NCBI GenBank assembly: GCA_951406725.2
Contig: OX597814.1
Coordinates: 155,186,001 to 155,250,000, forward strand
DNA length: 64,000 bases
Direction of reading: 5' to 3'
Source: Octopus vulgaris
Taxonomy: Eukaryota
Shown here one piece after another: positions 1 to 13,245 of the stretch; the first letter of the stretch is position 1; every line of letters starts with the position of its first letter. The notes beneath the pieces were generated by a model. The model did not search any database. It saw only the letters and a program-made list of their open reading frames with translations, and was not told where the DNA came from. Both the position numbers and the translations under genes were made by a program.

Positions 1-1101
1 AATAAGTCTGCTTTTAAATTCCGACAAGATGTAATTTTTGAAATATGAACATTAACAAAGCATCTCGTTCCTCGAATTTATGTACTCGTTTTAGGGTTTC
101 AAGTGTTTTAATAAATTTACGTGTTTTCGTACATTAACTAAGGACCACGGAAGGGGTAATATTAAGTGGATACAAGCTGGGGCCTCATCAACTCTGGCTT
201 GGTCCTCACGGTGATGTGGTGATGGGGTGGGATTGTTGAAAATCCAAGAGACTCCAGAAATCATCATTGAGTGTCCCAGTGAAGAAAAACTTTGTGTGTG
301 TGTATGTAAGTGCGCGCGCGTGTGCGTGTGTGTAAAATCAATAATCACTTCTAAGTTATCTCTACAGATATTCTATAGACCTTAGAGCCAGAACTGAAAG
401 TTACGATGTTTCGTATAAGAATAGGTCAATGTATACAATGCGATCGACATACTGAAATAGTTATTGTTTAAATAGCGACAAAATTTAGCGGTGTAACACT
501 GCTTGATAGACCAATTTACATAGCAAACTCATTCATGGCAACTGGTACGTACATATTAATTGCTGATAGAATACTGGCATTCGTTTAGCAATTGTGATAT
601 ACAATCAAGTATATTAAAGATTTATAACTCAATACTGTGTGCTAACTTTTTGCATCAGAACTACAACTCAATCACTTTAAAGTTAAATCTACAGATATAT
701 GCTATAGAATTTAGAGCCAGTACTGAAAGTTACGACATTTCGTCTGTAAATACGTCTACATAAACAATGCGATTGAAGATAGAAAATACGCAATGGGGTG
801 TATATACATATTTTAGGAGCAATTGCTCCTTTTCAGCACCACAACCAACCCATTAACTATACGCGAACATATTGCTTAAATAGCCACTACGTTTAGTGGT
901 GTAACACTACTAGATAACTGTAGTTTGTTCAGCTCAGCAAAACGTAATATTACCTCATGTTATTTCTTTTGAGAAAATGTATTTAATGACAAGTTTGGTT
1001 AAATATTTTTTTGCATTGGTCAGGGTACATATCGCAAACTGCGTTCTGTGAAGTTGCCTAGTTTATATATGCCCTTGTATGTATGCAAATGTAAATTATA
1101 C

Positions 1102-1158
<57 letters not shown>

Positions 1159-1159
1159 A

Positions 1160-1272
<113 letters not shown>

Positions 1273-1496
1273 TACACACACACAGACACATAGACACACA
1301 AACACAAACACATACATAGTCATAAACGCATTGCTATCACTTTACCCTTGCGTATCTTTCATTCATAATACTCTGTGGCAGTGGGAGATAGTTAACGTGT
1401 TTTTAACTTACACTATATACATACGTTTGTATGTATGCTTACATATATATATAAATGTAAATATAAATATAAATAAACAAATATATAAACATACAT

Positions 1497-1531
<35 letters not shown>

Positions 1532-1594
1532 TAAAAAATTAAAACGACAACAAACGGGAAATATGACATACCTGTGCGTATGTACACACACACG

Positions 1595-1629
<35 letters not shown>

Positions 1630-1631
<2 letters not shown>

Positions 1632-1825
1632 CATTCGCCATAATAGATCGCTACCCACTACACATTCTTTATTTTCTCTCTTTGTTTCTTTCTATGATCC
1701 TTTCTGTGGAAGAACGTAGGCTCGAAACGGTAAAGACGTTTTCACTTCCCAGCGTTATACTAATACATCTGATTGTTGTCAACACCACCTGCCTTCGTCT
1801 TTTGTGTTTTTGTGAATTCTTCCTA
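1630..1825 (+). mobile_element. Short repeat family (probably PLE-derived) with hammerhead-like motif, copy 1
   Basis: Homologous to 61655-61860 (atagatcg.ta.ccactacaca...cctttctgt.gaaga.cgtaggctcgaaacg...tactaatacatctg); bounded by (TA)n. Confidence 0.65.
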
Positions 1826-1846
1826 TATATATACATACATGCATAC

Positions 1847-1911
<65 letters not shown>

Positions 1912-2765
1912 TATATATATTCTCAAGTTCACACGTGCATACACATATACACACCTGCGCACACACACACGCACCCACAGTCAAGCTGAAAATCTTCACA
2001 AACTATATATACATCTATGGACATCGGATAGATCATGCTCCTGCTTTCTACGGGCTGCATTATAATCATCCCAGGAATACGGACTATGATCTTCAGAAAC
2101 AAGTAATTTCTGAAAACGCCAGTGGCGATGCATTAAAATTTTCATAAATTCAATTCAAAGATTATTATTGTCATTACTATATTTATCGTACGTTATATCG
2201 ACACAGCTCGGTGCAACCTCAGATAACTGGTATTGCCTGTTGTCTTCATTAGGTGTAATATAACGAAACAGGAACTTTTAAATGTATATTGTAAACGTTT
2301 CCCGTAAACAAACTTAAATCACACACACACATACATACACACACACACATACTCGCACACACACTACACACGCACGCATACTTGTATATGTATACCTTTA
2401 TCTAACTATGTATGTATGTATGTATCTTTTTTTTCTTTCCCTTTTACGATCCCTTTTGATCAAAAACCTACCGCATTTTTTTCTCTCCCCCAAAAGAAAA
2501 GCTCTACTTTGTAATGTCTAGTCTGTGTGCAGCCCTGTGTGGCTAATAAAGAAACATATCTATAACCTCCCAATTTCTTGGGAACATTTTATACTATTTC
2601 GACATTTTTTGCATATATCCCCAACGATTTCGATCCATTTTGATCGTTGTCCTTATTTTTTTTTTTTACTTTGTTTTCGCCCCGCTCGAAAAAAAAACAA
2701 CAACTCTACATTGTAATTGTCCCCTCTGTGTCTAGCCCTGTGTGGTCAATAAAGAAATTTATCTT

Positions 2766-2842
<77 letters not shown>

Positions 2843-3175
2843 TTTCTCTGTCTTCTTTACCACTCTCGATATCTATTATCGGTTTCTCACTTTAGTCAAT
2901 AATATGAAAATAATCTGGACGACAACAAACAGCTTTGTCAAATCAAAAGTGACAGTGCAAGATATATTAAGGAAAGAACTAGAGCATCTTCTACAGATAT
3001 TTTGTGTAACGGAATTAAGCTGTTCAAAATACGTAACTTTCGCAGTAACATGTGCAAGAAGTGCAACAAATGTCCTTCCTGTTTATTTTTTAATACCTGA
3101 TGTTTTCGCTTTTTTTATTTAATTCCCCGCCCTTATATGTACGAACATATGTATATACACATGTGTATGTGCGTG

Positions 3176-3229
<54 letters not shown>

Positions 3230-3569
3230 AAAGCATATATGGGTATGAATATGAGCGTGTATGTATCTATTCATTCATACACACACACATTCGACCTCGT
3301 TCCTAAAAGAAGAAGACATCTGTATCCTGATAAAGAAGACCCACATATTAAGGTTGTAGTCGGTCAGAGTGACTCATACTAAATGTTTATATTCTACACA
3401 TATTATGCTGAATGCATTAAAAGCCATATCTAGTTTGTCGTTGCACAGTACCTCATTAGAAGATGAGATTATCATTAATACTTAAAGCAATTTTTTTCTT
3501 ATTTCTTCGTCTCACTTGCTTCGGTATAGTTGAGAAAATCAAGCGTGATGATTGATTAAATGCCTGAAA

Positions 3570-3767
3570 GTTCGAGCCGTTTTTTTTAAAGATTTTTGAA
3601 TTTATTGCGTTTTTTTAATTTTGGAATCTATTTTTTCCGAGAATACTATTTTTGAATCAGTTTGGAATCTATTTTTTTTTTCTAGTTAATTTTAGATAAT
3701 TTTTGTTTATTTTCTGGTCATTAAAATGGAATGTCAAATTAAGAAAAACGAGCATTTTCGACACCTT
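3570..3767 (+). mobile_element. mariner-like element 5' fragment
   Basis: Ends in the transposase N-terminus MECQIKKNEHFRHL, truncated by the adjacent LINE fragment. Confidence 0.55.
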
Positions 3768-4160
3768 GACCGGGCATAGTAGTGGTGGACAAGGTGCACC
3801 ACGAATGCTATATAGTTGACGTTGTATGCCCCTTTGACAAGTGAAAAGAAGGCGAAAAGAAGGCGAAAAGGTTGATAGATAGATAGATATAACTCTCTTA
3901 AGTACGAAATGGCTCGGCTATGAAAAATGAAGATGAAGACAGTGCCAATTATTGTTGGCTCCGTGGAAACGGTATCAGAAAGGCAGCAAGAGGAATATAA
4001 ATCAAACTGGAATAGAGTGCCTAGTAGAAATGTTACAAATATACGGCCAGAATAATCAGGAAAATATTAGAGAGCAGAAAGAACGAATAACATGGTACTG
4101 TAGGCTGCAGGTAGTAAGTCCACTCCGCATGCAAAACTCCTGAGGCACCAACATAGTCTG
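3768..4160 (+). mobile_element. RLE-type (R4/NeSL-like) non-LTR retrotransposon 3' fragment
   Basis: Decayed RP(D/G)IVVVDK..CYIVDV.CPFD..K..Y..LKYEMARL.KM..VPIIVG restriction-like endonuclease motif. Confidence 0.75.
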
Positions 4161-4524
4161 TGATAAAGATAAAATAATAATAATATCTCCTACTATAGAC
4201 ACAAGGCCAGAAATTCGGGTGAGGGGTTAAATCGATTATATCGCCCCAGTTCTTGATTGCTGTTTCTCTTATGCTACCCCCATATATATATGGATATATA
4301 CACATATATATATATATTTATGTTTATACACACACACAAACATACACACACAGATACACACATACACATGTATATAATTTCCAATCTCAAACGTCGAAGA
4401 CGTAGTCACTTTTCACTTGTGTGTGTGTATAAACATAAATATATATATAAGACAAACTCATACTTTACAAAAATTATTAAGTAATGCTTTAGTTTAATGT
4501 TAATTTTTCTATTATAACTTAAAC

Positions 4525-4525
<1 letters not shown>

Positions 4526-4582
<57 letters not shown>

Positions 4583-4847
4583 CATACATATATATACATA
4601 TATATATATACATACATATATATATATATACATACATATAGGCATACATATATATATATGTATGCCTATATGCACGTATATATATGTATGTGTATATTTA
4701 TTTATATATAAATGTATATGCATATATATACATACATACACACATACATACATATATATATACATACATACACATACATATATATATATATATACATACA
4801 CACATACATACATACATATATATACATATATGTATAAACATACACAC

Positions 4848-4892
<45 letters not shown>

Positions 4893-4929
4893 TACATACA
4901 TACACACATGCATGCATATATATACATAC

Positions 4930-4997
<68 letters not shown>

Positions 4998-5024
4998 ACA
5001 TACTTATATATATATACATACGTA
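4526..5024. repeat. Compound (TA)n/(CATA)n microsatellite
   Basis: Direct inspection; one of dozens of (TA)n, (CA)n, (ATCT)n and (GA)n tracts. Confidence 0.95.
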
Positions 5025-5025
5025 T

Positions 5026-5571
5026 TGTGGCTGCCCCCTCGTTATTGAGTATGGCTATTGCACGAAGCTTAATCAATGTTGTTTTCGTGAAATGCCTGTG
5101 TAAAATTTCTTTTTAAAGTGAGGAAAGGCTGTGCACTGAGTCAATCCCACTCACTAAGCAACAGCAGCCATAATCCGAAAAGAAGAACAAGTCAACATCA
5201 TCGGTAACCACTGAGCCGCAGGTTTTATGTCGGAGTTATCCCAATTACCTGAGTTACCGTCTCCTAGAAGGATGCCCTAACAGCTAGGAGTCCTTCACTC
5301 CCAATGGTTTAACCGCGCGATCGGGTATTCAGTCCGATTATTTCTATATGTCCGCGCATGATCCAGCCTTAAGACATTTATTGGATGGCCGTTGACTCTC
5401 AAGAGTTATTCCGCCCTTTGACGGGTTTTGTTTTTCATCCCGCAGGGTGTCCAATAGACACCCTCCTCACTAAGCAAGCTTGGTGGGGTTGCTGGTTTAG
5501 TCGCCGACGACCCGACCATGCAACAGGTTGTACTGGGTTACATGTTACCAGTAGCACTCGAAAGTGACCTG
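5026..5571 (-). mobile_element. Non-coding, highly structured retroelement segment resembling an RTE 5' UTR, inserted in a microsatellite
   Basis: About 50% GC island within (TA)/(CATA) repeats; flanked by direct repeat acatacgtat (5016-5025, 5572-5581); several hairpins; minus-strand CTAGGAGACGGTAACTC...AAACC resembles RTE leaders. Confidence 0.5.
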
Positions 5572-5633
5572 ACATACGTATACATACCTATATACTTATG
5601 ACCTGACATACGTATACATCCAGATATACATAC

Positions 5634-5680
<47 letters not shown>

Positions 5681-6131
5681 CATCCGTACATATATATATA
5701 TATATACATATATATATACATGCATACATATATATATGTATATATACATACGTATACATATACACACATAAACATATATATATATATATACACATACATA
5801 TCTATATAGATGAAACTTACTTGGAAAAGAATACGTGGCGTTCGATTATATAATAATATAAATAATATATACTTATATGCATATATACCTACATATATAT
5901 GTGTATATACATGCATATATGGGTACAGGACATAAAAACATCGTTGAACACAATGAGAAACGAAAATATAAAAACAAATACGAAGACGAACATACTTTCA
6001 AACAACGAAAATAAAACAAACAGAGAAACGTGACATGCAACATAAAGAATATTTCCCTTCATCAGTTGTCCCTGTTTTATCTACTCCGCGTACACATTTA
6101 CACACACACAGACAGACAGACAGACAGACAT

Positions 6132-6164
<33 letters not shown>

Positions 6165-6167
<3 letters not shown>

Positions 6168-7320
6168 CTGCACCTGGTCCATCCATACCAGGGACCTTTC
6201 CATTGTTCAATTTCCTGATTGCGACTTTTATTTCAACCAGGTTTGGAACTTCTGCTATGAGATGCTTTTTTTTTGTCTCTCAGGTATGTTATCAAGAAAA
6301 GAGAGGTCAAATTCAGTGGGTCAATTGAGCAACTCATCAAAATGTTCTTTCCATCTCCCAACAATATCTTTAGGATTTGTTAATATTTATGTGCCATCCT
6401 TGCTCCGAAGCGGCACAACATTAGATGAAACTGATCCATAAATTTTTTCAACAGAGAGTAAAAAAGTTTGGAATTGTTAGCATTTGAAGCTTCTTGGAGT
6501 TCATTGCATCTATCACTCCACCAATTTTCCTGCATCATCCTCAGCTTCCTCTGCACTGTTACTTTATCTGCCTTGAAATATGTAGCCACTGTCCTGTTCA
6601 CTGACATATCAACATTTTGCAACAAGTTAAATGTCTTTTTCTTCTCCTCGTCAAACCAATATTGGTGTTATTTTACAACAAAGCCAAGAATGTTACTACA
6701 AACCTTGTATACACTTTCTTTGAATGACTTCCAGCTCCCATCACAGAACAAATAATTTATCTCAGAAACTCACTGCGTACTGACGGAATCTTAAGTTTAT
6801 TGACATCAATCCGTTTAGATAACTTGTCATTATTAGGCCTTAGGCTTGACAACAAAATTCACCTTGGCACGCAAAAGCCTATGATCAGTCCAGCACTCTG
6901 CATCACGCATCACTCGTACAATATCAAAGTCCCTAGTATCTCTTTTCCTGGTGATGAAGAAATCTATATGATGCCATTTCTTAGACCCAGGGTGCATCCA
7001 TGTCGTTTTATACTTATTCTTTAGTTGAAATATTGTATTCATGACACACAAATCCATCTCTACGCGCATTTGTAACAAAAGTTGACCATTATTCTTGGAA
7101 CTCCCAACCCAATGCTTTCCTAAGACACCCCAATTCTCCGAATCTGGGAGCATTAAAATTACCAAAAATAACAACTTTGTCATCATGTATAATCTCTGTA
7201 ACTGAAGGCAAGTTTATTATCCTCTGATGAATTCATAGTTTAAGTATATGCACTTATGAGTGTTGCATAGCGATCTTTTCTTAATGGAAATCTTAAAAAT
7301 ACCAAACGATTAGAATACTA
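6165..7320 (-). mobile_element. RTE-clade LINE fragment (APE endonuclease end to pre-RT region), frameshifted
   Basis: GVLGKH..NNGQLLL, TTWMHP.SKKWHHIDF, VRVMR.AECWTDHRL, ELQEAS..NNSKLFY, NNGK.PGMDG in three broken frames. Confidence 0.88.
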
Positions 7321-8394
7321 TATATTTTTATCTTTGGTGAACACTGTCACTTATTCTCTCTCTCTCCCTCGCACACACACACACATACATCAACACAACT
7401 TCTCTCTCTCTCTCCCTCACACACACACACACCCACACATACATACACACATTTTCACTTCGCTATGGCAAGAAGGGTCTTAACTCGTGTTAGCAAACTT
7501 CAAAATTGGTAAAAGTTAAGGTTGAAAATCGATTTTACCGCTACCCGCAGGTACCTCGGGAAAAATAATTTCACGAAAATACAGCTAGGATCGTGACGAA
7601 TGTCCTCCTAAAATTGGAGCGACATGCGTGCTCATTTGTGGACGTGCATAAATTACATTCACGTACACGCATACACATACATATACATACATACACATAC
7701 ATACACTTATATTCATACACACTCTATGCAGAAAGCGTTACTGATGCGCATTTATTTCTATGCGAAGTTGGCATCCCAATCTAATGTCCTCACTTGCGGT
7801 GGGGATGTTGTCCTCCTCGTCACTAAACAGAACATGTGTTTTTCTGGCAAGAGTCTTTGACTCTTATTTCTAGCAATGCTGTGCTCTCTGCACCTTTTGT
7901 CACTTTTTGATGATGGTGAATTATTTCCTTTTTGATTTTGAATTGCGTCTAGCCAGCCACCTCAGTATCTAACCATAATAGAGCAGACTATATCGTTTTG
8001 TATTTATTTATTCATTTATTTATTTAATAATAAACTGTTAATTACCAACAATTTTGCATCATTTCTCCCCTTTTTTTTCTTTTTTTTTTTGAGATGTTTC
8101 TTTAAAATCTGTCTTATTGGAAATGTTTATATTGTTACCGCTTTTGTTATTTCTATTTAGTTTTTAAAGCTATATTCTAATATCTGGCTACTTCTTCTTT
8201 CTCTTTCTCTCCCCACTTCTCTCTCTCTCTCTCACTATCTATCTCTCTGTATGAGTGTGTATGCGTGTGTGTGTATGTATGTGTGAAATACTGCACTCAG
8301 GTTGACCTTTCGTTTATTAAGGAAGGGCATTTAGTCCATAGCTACAGGGGGCCCCCAAATCGTAGTAGCTAATCTTCCTAACTCACAGGGGCAA

Positions 8395-8681
<287 letters not shown>

Positions 8682-8971
8682 GTTTTTCTTTTGCTATTTC
8701 CAGACAGTAACATGTGTAGTTTACACTGTGCGTCTATATGTACGTAGTCGGATGCATTTTGTATTGGTGAATGTCTAGATGGGTTTATGATTTTAACACT
8801 TTCTGTCTGTGTGTGCACATGTCTGTCTGATAGTCTGTATGCGTGTGCAGGAGTGAGTGTTTATTAGAATATGTGTATTTATGCATATTCAAATGAGGTT
8901 GTGTGGACATGTGTGCTGTGTTATGACTATAAGCACATGTAAGCTGCGAATACATTTAATTGTGTGTGTAA

Positions 8972-9036
<65 letters not shown>

Positions 9037-9037
<1 letters not shown>

Positions 9038-9196
9038 GGAGTGGCTGTGTGGTAAGTAGCTTGCTAACCAACCACATGGTTCCGGGTTCAGTCCCACTGC
9101 GTGGCATCTTGGGCAAGTGTCTTCTGCTATAGCCCCGGGCCGACCAATGCCTTGTGAGTGGATTTGGTAGACGGAAACTGAAAGAAGCCTGTCGTA

Positions 9197-9235
<39 letters not shown>

Positions 9236-9448
9236 TTGTGTGTCTGTGTTTGTCCCCCTAGCATTGCTTGACAACCGATGCTGGTGTGTTTACGTCCCCG
9301 TCACTTAGCGGTTCGGCAAAAAGAGACCGATAGAATAAGTACTGGGCTTACAAAGAATAAGTCCTGGGGTCGATTTGCTCGACTAAAGGTGGTGCTCCAG
9401 CATGGCCGCAGTCAAATGACTGAAACAAGTAAAAGAGTAAAAGAGTAA
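9037..9448 (+). mobile_element. tRNA-derived CORE-type SINE with internal (TA)/(TG) microsatellite
   Basis: A/B-box-like head gtggctgtgtggtaag...ggttcagtccc; CORE-like cttgggcaagtgtctt; tail (gtaaaaga)n; other copies at 48520-48980 (+) and 46910-47210 (-). Confidence 0.85.
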
Positions 9449-9492
9449 TATGTCTGTCTGTCTGTCTGTCTGCCTGTCTGTCTGTCTGTATG

Positions 9493-9551
<59 letters not shown>

Positions 9552-9765
9552 CTCTCTATATATATATATATACACATATATAGTGTGTGTGTGTATGCAC
9601 ATGAATATATACATATATAATTATAGGTACATATACATATGTACACATATGTGCATGTGTGTTTGTATTAAAAATTGCAAAGGCGTTTGAATATATATGC
9701 AAATATATTTGAGGGTGCGCATCTGTACATAAGTGTTATTGAAGGTAAATCTGTAAGCGCGCGCA

Positions 9766-9818
<53 letters not shown>

Positions 9819-9994
9819 GCACACACACTCACACACACTCACACACACAATATAGGGCTATAGAATAAGCGAAGCCCATAACAGGCTCCGTCTCTCACCT
9901 ACCCCTTTCGTCTTTCGACGTGAAACATACCCGCCTCCACCACCACCACCACCACTACCCTGGACTCAGTGGGACGGCTATTTATCTACTGAAC

Positions 9995-9997
<3 letters not shown>

Positions 9998-10037
<40 letters not shown>

Positions 10038-10216
10038 ACACACACACACGCGCGCACACATACGCACACACACACACACACACACTCACACACTCACACA
10101 CACTCACACACACACTCACACACTCACACACACACTCACACACACACACGCACACGCGCACACACACGCACACACACGCACACACACACACACGCACACA
10201 CACACACACGCACACA
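9998..10216. repeat. (CA)n-based compound microsatellite
   Basis: Direct inspection. Confidence 0.95.
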
Positions 10217-10702
10217 AATGTATGAGTTCATGTTTGTATGCTTGCATGCTTCAATGTATATATACATGTATGTATATAAGTATGTATCAATGTATGCGCG
10301 TCTGTGTTTGTGCGTATGCGTGAGTGTGTGTGTGCATGTGTGTATGTGTATGTATATATTTGTATATGTAGGTGTACCTGTGTGTATGCTCGCGCGCGTG
10401 TACGCATGGTGTCTCTTGCATAGCCATAACCCTCTCTTAAGAACGTACATTTATTTGTTTGCTTACATTTCATCTACCGTTAAATAGTGACGGTGGGAAT
10501 CAAGTAAGTGAGGGTATCATTTGACTACTTCACCACCGACATCGCCAACAATATAGCCGTTTGCAAGGCTTCCACTTACTAGAACCGCCATCACACTGGA
10601 CCAAGAACGGAGCCTCTATGCACTCATCCCGACCATTTTGTAATAGGTGTTGCGTATCCTCATGTTACTTTATATAGCTTTCATTGCTTACAAGTGGTAC
10701 TA

Positions 10703-10950
10703 AATTTCATCGACTGAAAGGATGAAAGGTGAAGTCGACCTCGGCGGAATTTGAACTCAGAATGCAAGGACGGACGAAATACAACTAAATTATCATTGAT
10801 GATTCCTCTTCATTCTGAGTTCAAATTTTGCCGAGGCCGATTTTGCCTTTCATCCTTTCTGATGAAGTACCAGTTTGACACAGGGGTCGATGCAATCGAC
10901 TTACCCCTTTCCTAAAATTGCTGTATTTTGTGCCAAAGTTTTGAAATCGT
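10703..10950. mobile_element. Inverted pair of dominant-SINE fragments; further copies at 11871-12020 (+), 13685-13886 (-), 50430-50610 (-), 54424-54555 (+)
   Basis: gtcgacctcggcggaatttgaactcagaa versus ttctgagttcaaattttgccgaggccga. Confidence 0.75.
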
Positions 10951-11309
10951 TATTGTTATTATTATTCTATGTTTGACTTTATGTCTGACAAGCTGGCTCC
11001 AAGTCTCACCCAGAGACCTCAAGAGACAACAGGTTGGAAGTTCACGTTGTTGTTATGCCTAGTGTGCCATATATTTGCGGGGTTTTTTTTTTGGTGCTGT
11101 ACTAGTGAATGTTTAATACATAACAAAAAAAAGTTTGTTTTAAACCTTGGGATTACATAGAGAGTATTTTGCGTAGGATATGAGCAGTTCCCATGAGCAC
11201 TATCTTTTGAATTTCTGCCATTTTGGGGTTTCCTGGTATCTGAGTTAGGTAGCAATCAGCCCCTTTCGCTATCATTCCCATGTATTGTTTTAGTCTTCAA
11301 TTATTATTA

Positions 11310-11398
<89 letters not shown>

Positions 11399-12059
11399 GA
11401 GTGAGAAAGCAATGCATGCCTTCAACGTGACACTGGGGTACAAATATACGAAGCCCATTATATCCATCATGACTACCCGTCTGATAAGAGTACAATAGGC
11501 GCAAGCATCACAACCATATGTGCGCGACATGGTGTTCTAATATAGATGAATTGTATATGACCTTACAAGTGGGGCCCAGTTAGAATTTTCTTCTGGAAGA
11601 GTCGCCCACTCGGCTCAAAAGGCCCCTAAATAAGGTTTGTTTAAGGATGATGAGCGAAGTACCCATGTTTCGAGAGGTGAATTATTTAAACCTCAAAGGC
11701 TGGTGCACATATCGTCAGCCACTAAGGGACATACTAAACTGGTTAAGGTCAAGCAACTGACAAGCATTCTATAGTAGTGAGCAGATTATTTGCTGTAGCC
11801 CACCTTTTACACCGAGACAAAACGTGTGCATGATAACATTTCCAATCAGTTATTATGGGCAGAATCATTATCACGCTGGGTGAAATGCTTAGATGCATTT
11901 CGTCCGCCTTGCCGTTCTGAATTCAAATTCCGCCAAGGTTGACTTTGCCTTTCATTCTTTCGGGGTCGATAAATCAAGTAGTCCCCAAATTTCATGCCTT
12001 TTGCCTTTAGTAGAAAGAATCATTAATTTTTTTCCTGTATAAGTACGTGTGTAATCATC

Positions 12060-13245
12060 ATCTGAAAACAGAGAGGAAGTTGTCACAGATCTTGAGTAAG
12101 ATCAATGGTCACTCTACACCAATGAAGTACAGACAACTGACTCAACACTACAGTAAACTATACCACACATGTACTGTCTCCTTAAGATTCACAAGGATGG
12201 AATTCAATTAAGACCTATAGTGAGCTGTAGAGATTCAGCATGTCATCCACTGAGCCGTTTCCTTGTGGATATAATCAGTCCATCAGCAGGAAAGTCAACA
12301 TCGTACGTGAAGAATTCCACCCACTTCACAGAATTGATCGAGGATACCCCCATTGAATCCAACCAGAGGGTGAGTCTTGATGTGATAAGTCTGTTCACCA
12401 AAGTTCCAACTGGTGAAGCACTATCAGTAATTCAAGGAAAACTAGTGACAGACACCCATCTAAAAGAATGCACAAGTATACCAATAAGAAACTTGATGGA
12501 AATATTGACCTTCTGTATAGAAACTACCAACTTCGGAAAGGACACTGATATATATCGACATGAAGATGGTTTAGCTATGGGTTCGCCATTATCACTGATA
12601 ATAGCCAATATATATATGGAATACTTTGAGTATTTGGCTTTAGGATCAACATCACTAAACCCAACCCTATGGCTGCGATATATTGATGACAACTTTATTC
12701 TTTGGCCCCATCAGAAAGATGTCCAAGTGCTGTTAGATCATGAGAAATCAATAAAGCCATCCATACAGTTCACAATGGAAAAGGAAAAAGAGAATCAGCT
12801 AGCATTCCTGGACGTATTAATAACACGCACCAAGTATGGATTCAGGACATCGGTATACCGCAAGCCGACCTTCACTGGACGACACCTCAACTTTAATTCC
12901 CACCATCCATACAGTGAAAAGAGAGAAATTGCTCAGTGCCTAAAACATCGAGAAAAGAATATAAGTAGCGATCGTGATACACACCACGAAGAAATGATCA
13001 AGCTCAATAACAATCTATTAAGTACCCCCAAAACATACTATCCACTCCAATTATGAAGAAAAGAGAAGATGAAACCAATAAACTGGCCACAGTCTGTCTA
13101 CCCTAAGTGAAAGGTTTCTCCGAAAATATACAAAAGATATGCGGCCCCGACACCCGATGAAGGCTGGAGGGTATATCGGCCGAAATGTTGTTTTAACAAC
13201 AAACAAGATGAGGACAAATATCCGTCTAATGTAAATAATGTAATT
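12060..13245 (+). mobile_element. Penelope-like retroelement (PLE), truncated, with 295-aa RT ORF 12169-13056
   Basis: Motifs LRPIVS, SLDVISLFTKVP, GLAMGSPLS..ANIYME, WLRYIDD, FTMEKE..LAFLDV, TSVYRKPT.TGR.LNFNSHHP; decayed continuation VCLP*VKG; no GIY-YIG domain seen; degenerate hammerhead at the 3' end. Confidence 0.9.

Noticed and set aside
2896-3122. Non-repetitive part of ORF 2742-3122 (NNMKIIWTTTNSFVKSK...)
   Set aside because: An acceptor-like site exists, but the donor is weak, there is no recognisable motif, and no partner exon was found.
5470-5571. Possible HDV-like ribozyme at the 5' end of the structured element
   Set aside because: A manual attempt to place P1-P2-P3-L3-P4 failed (no P2 partner at the required spacing); kept only as structured RNA.
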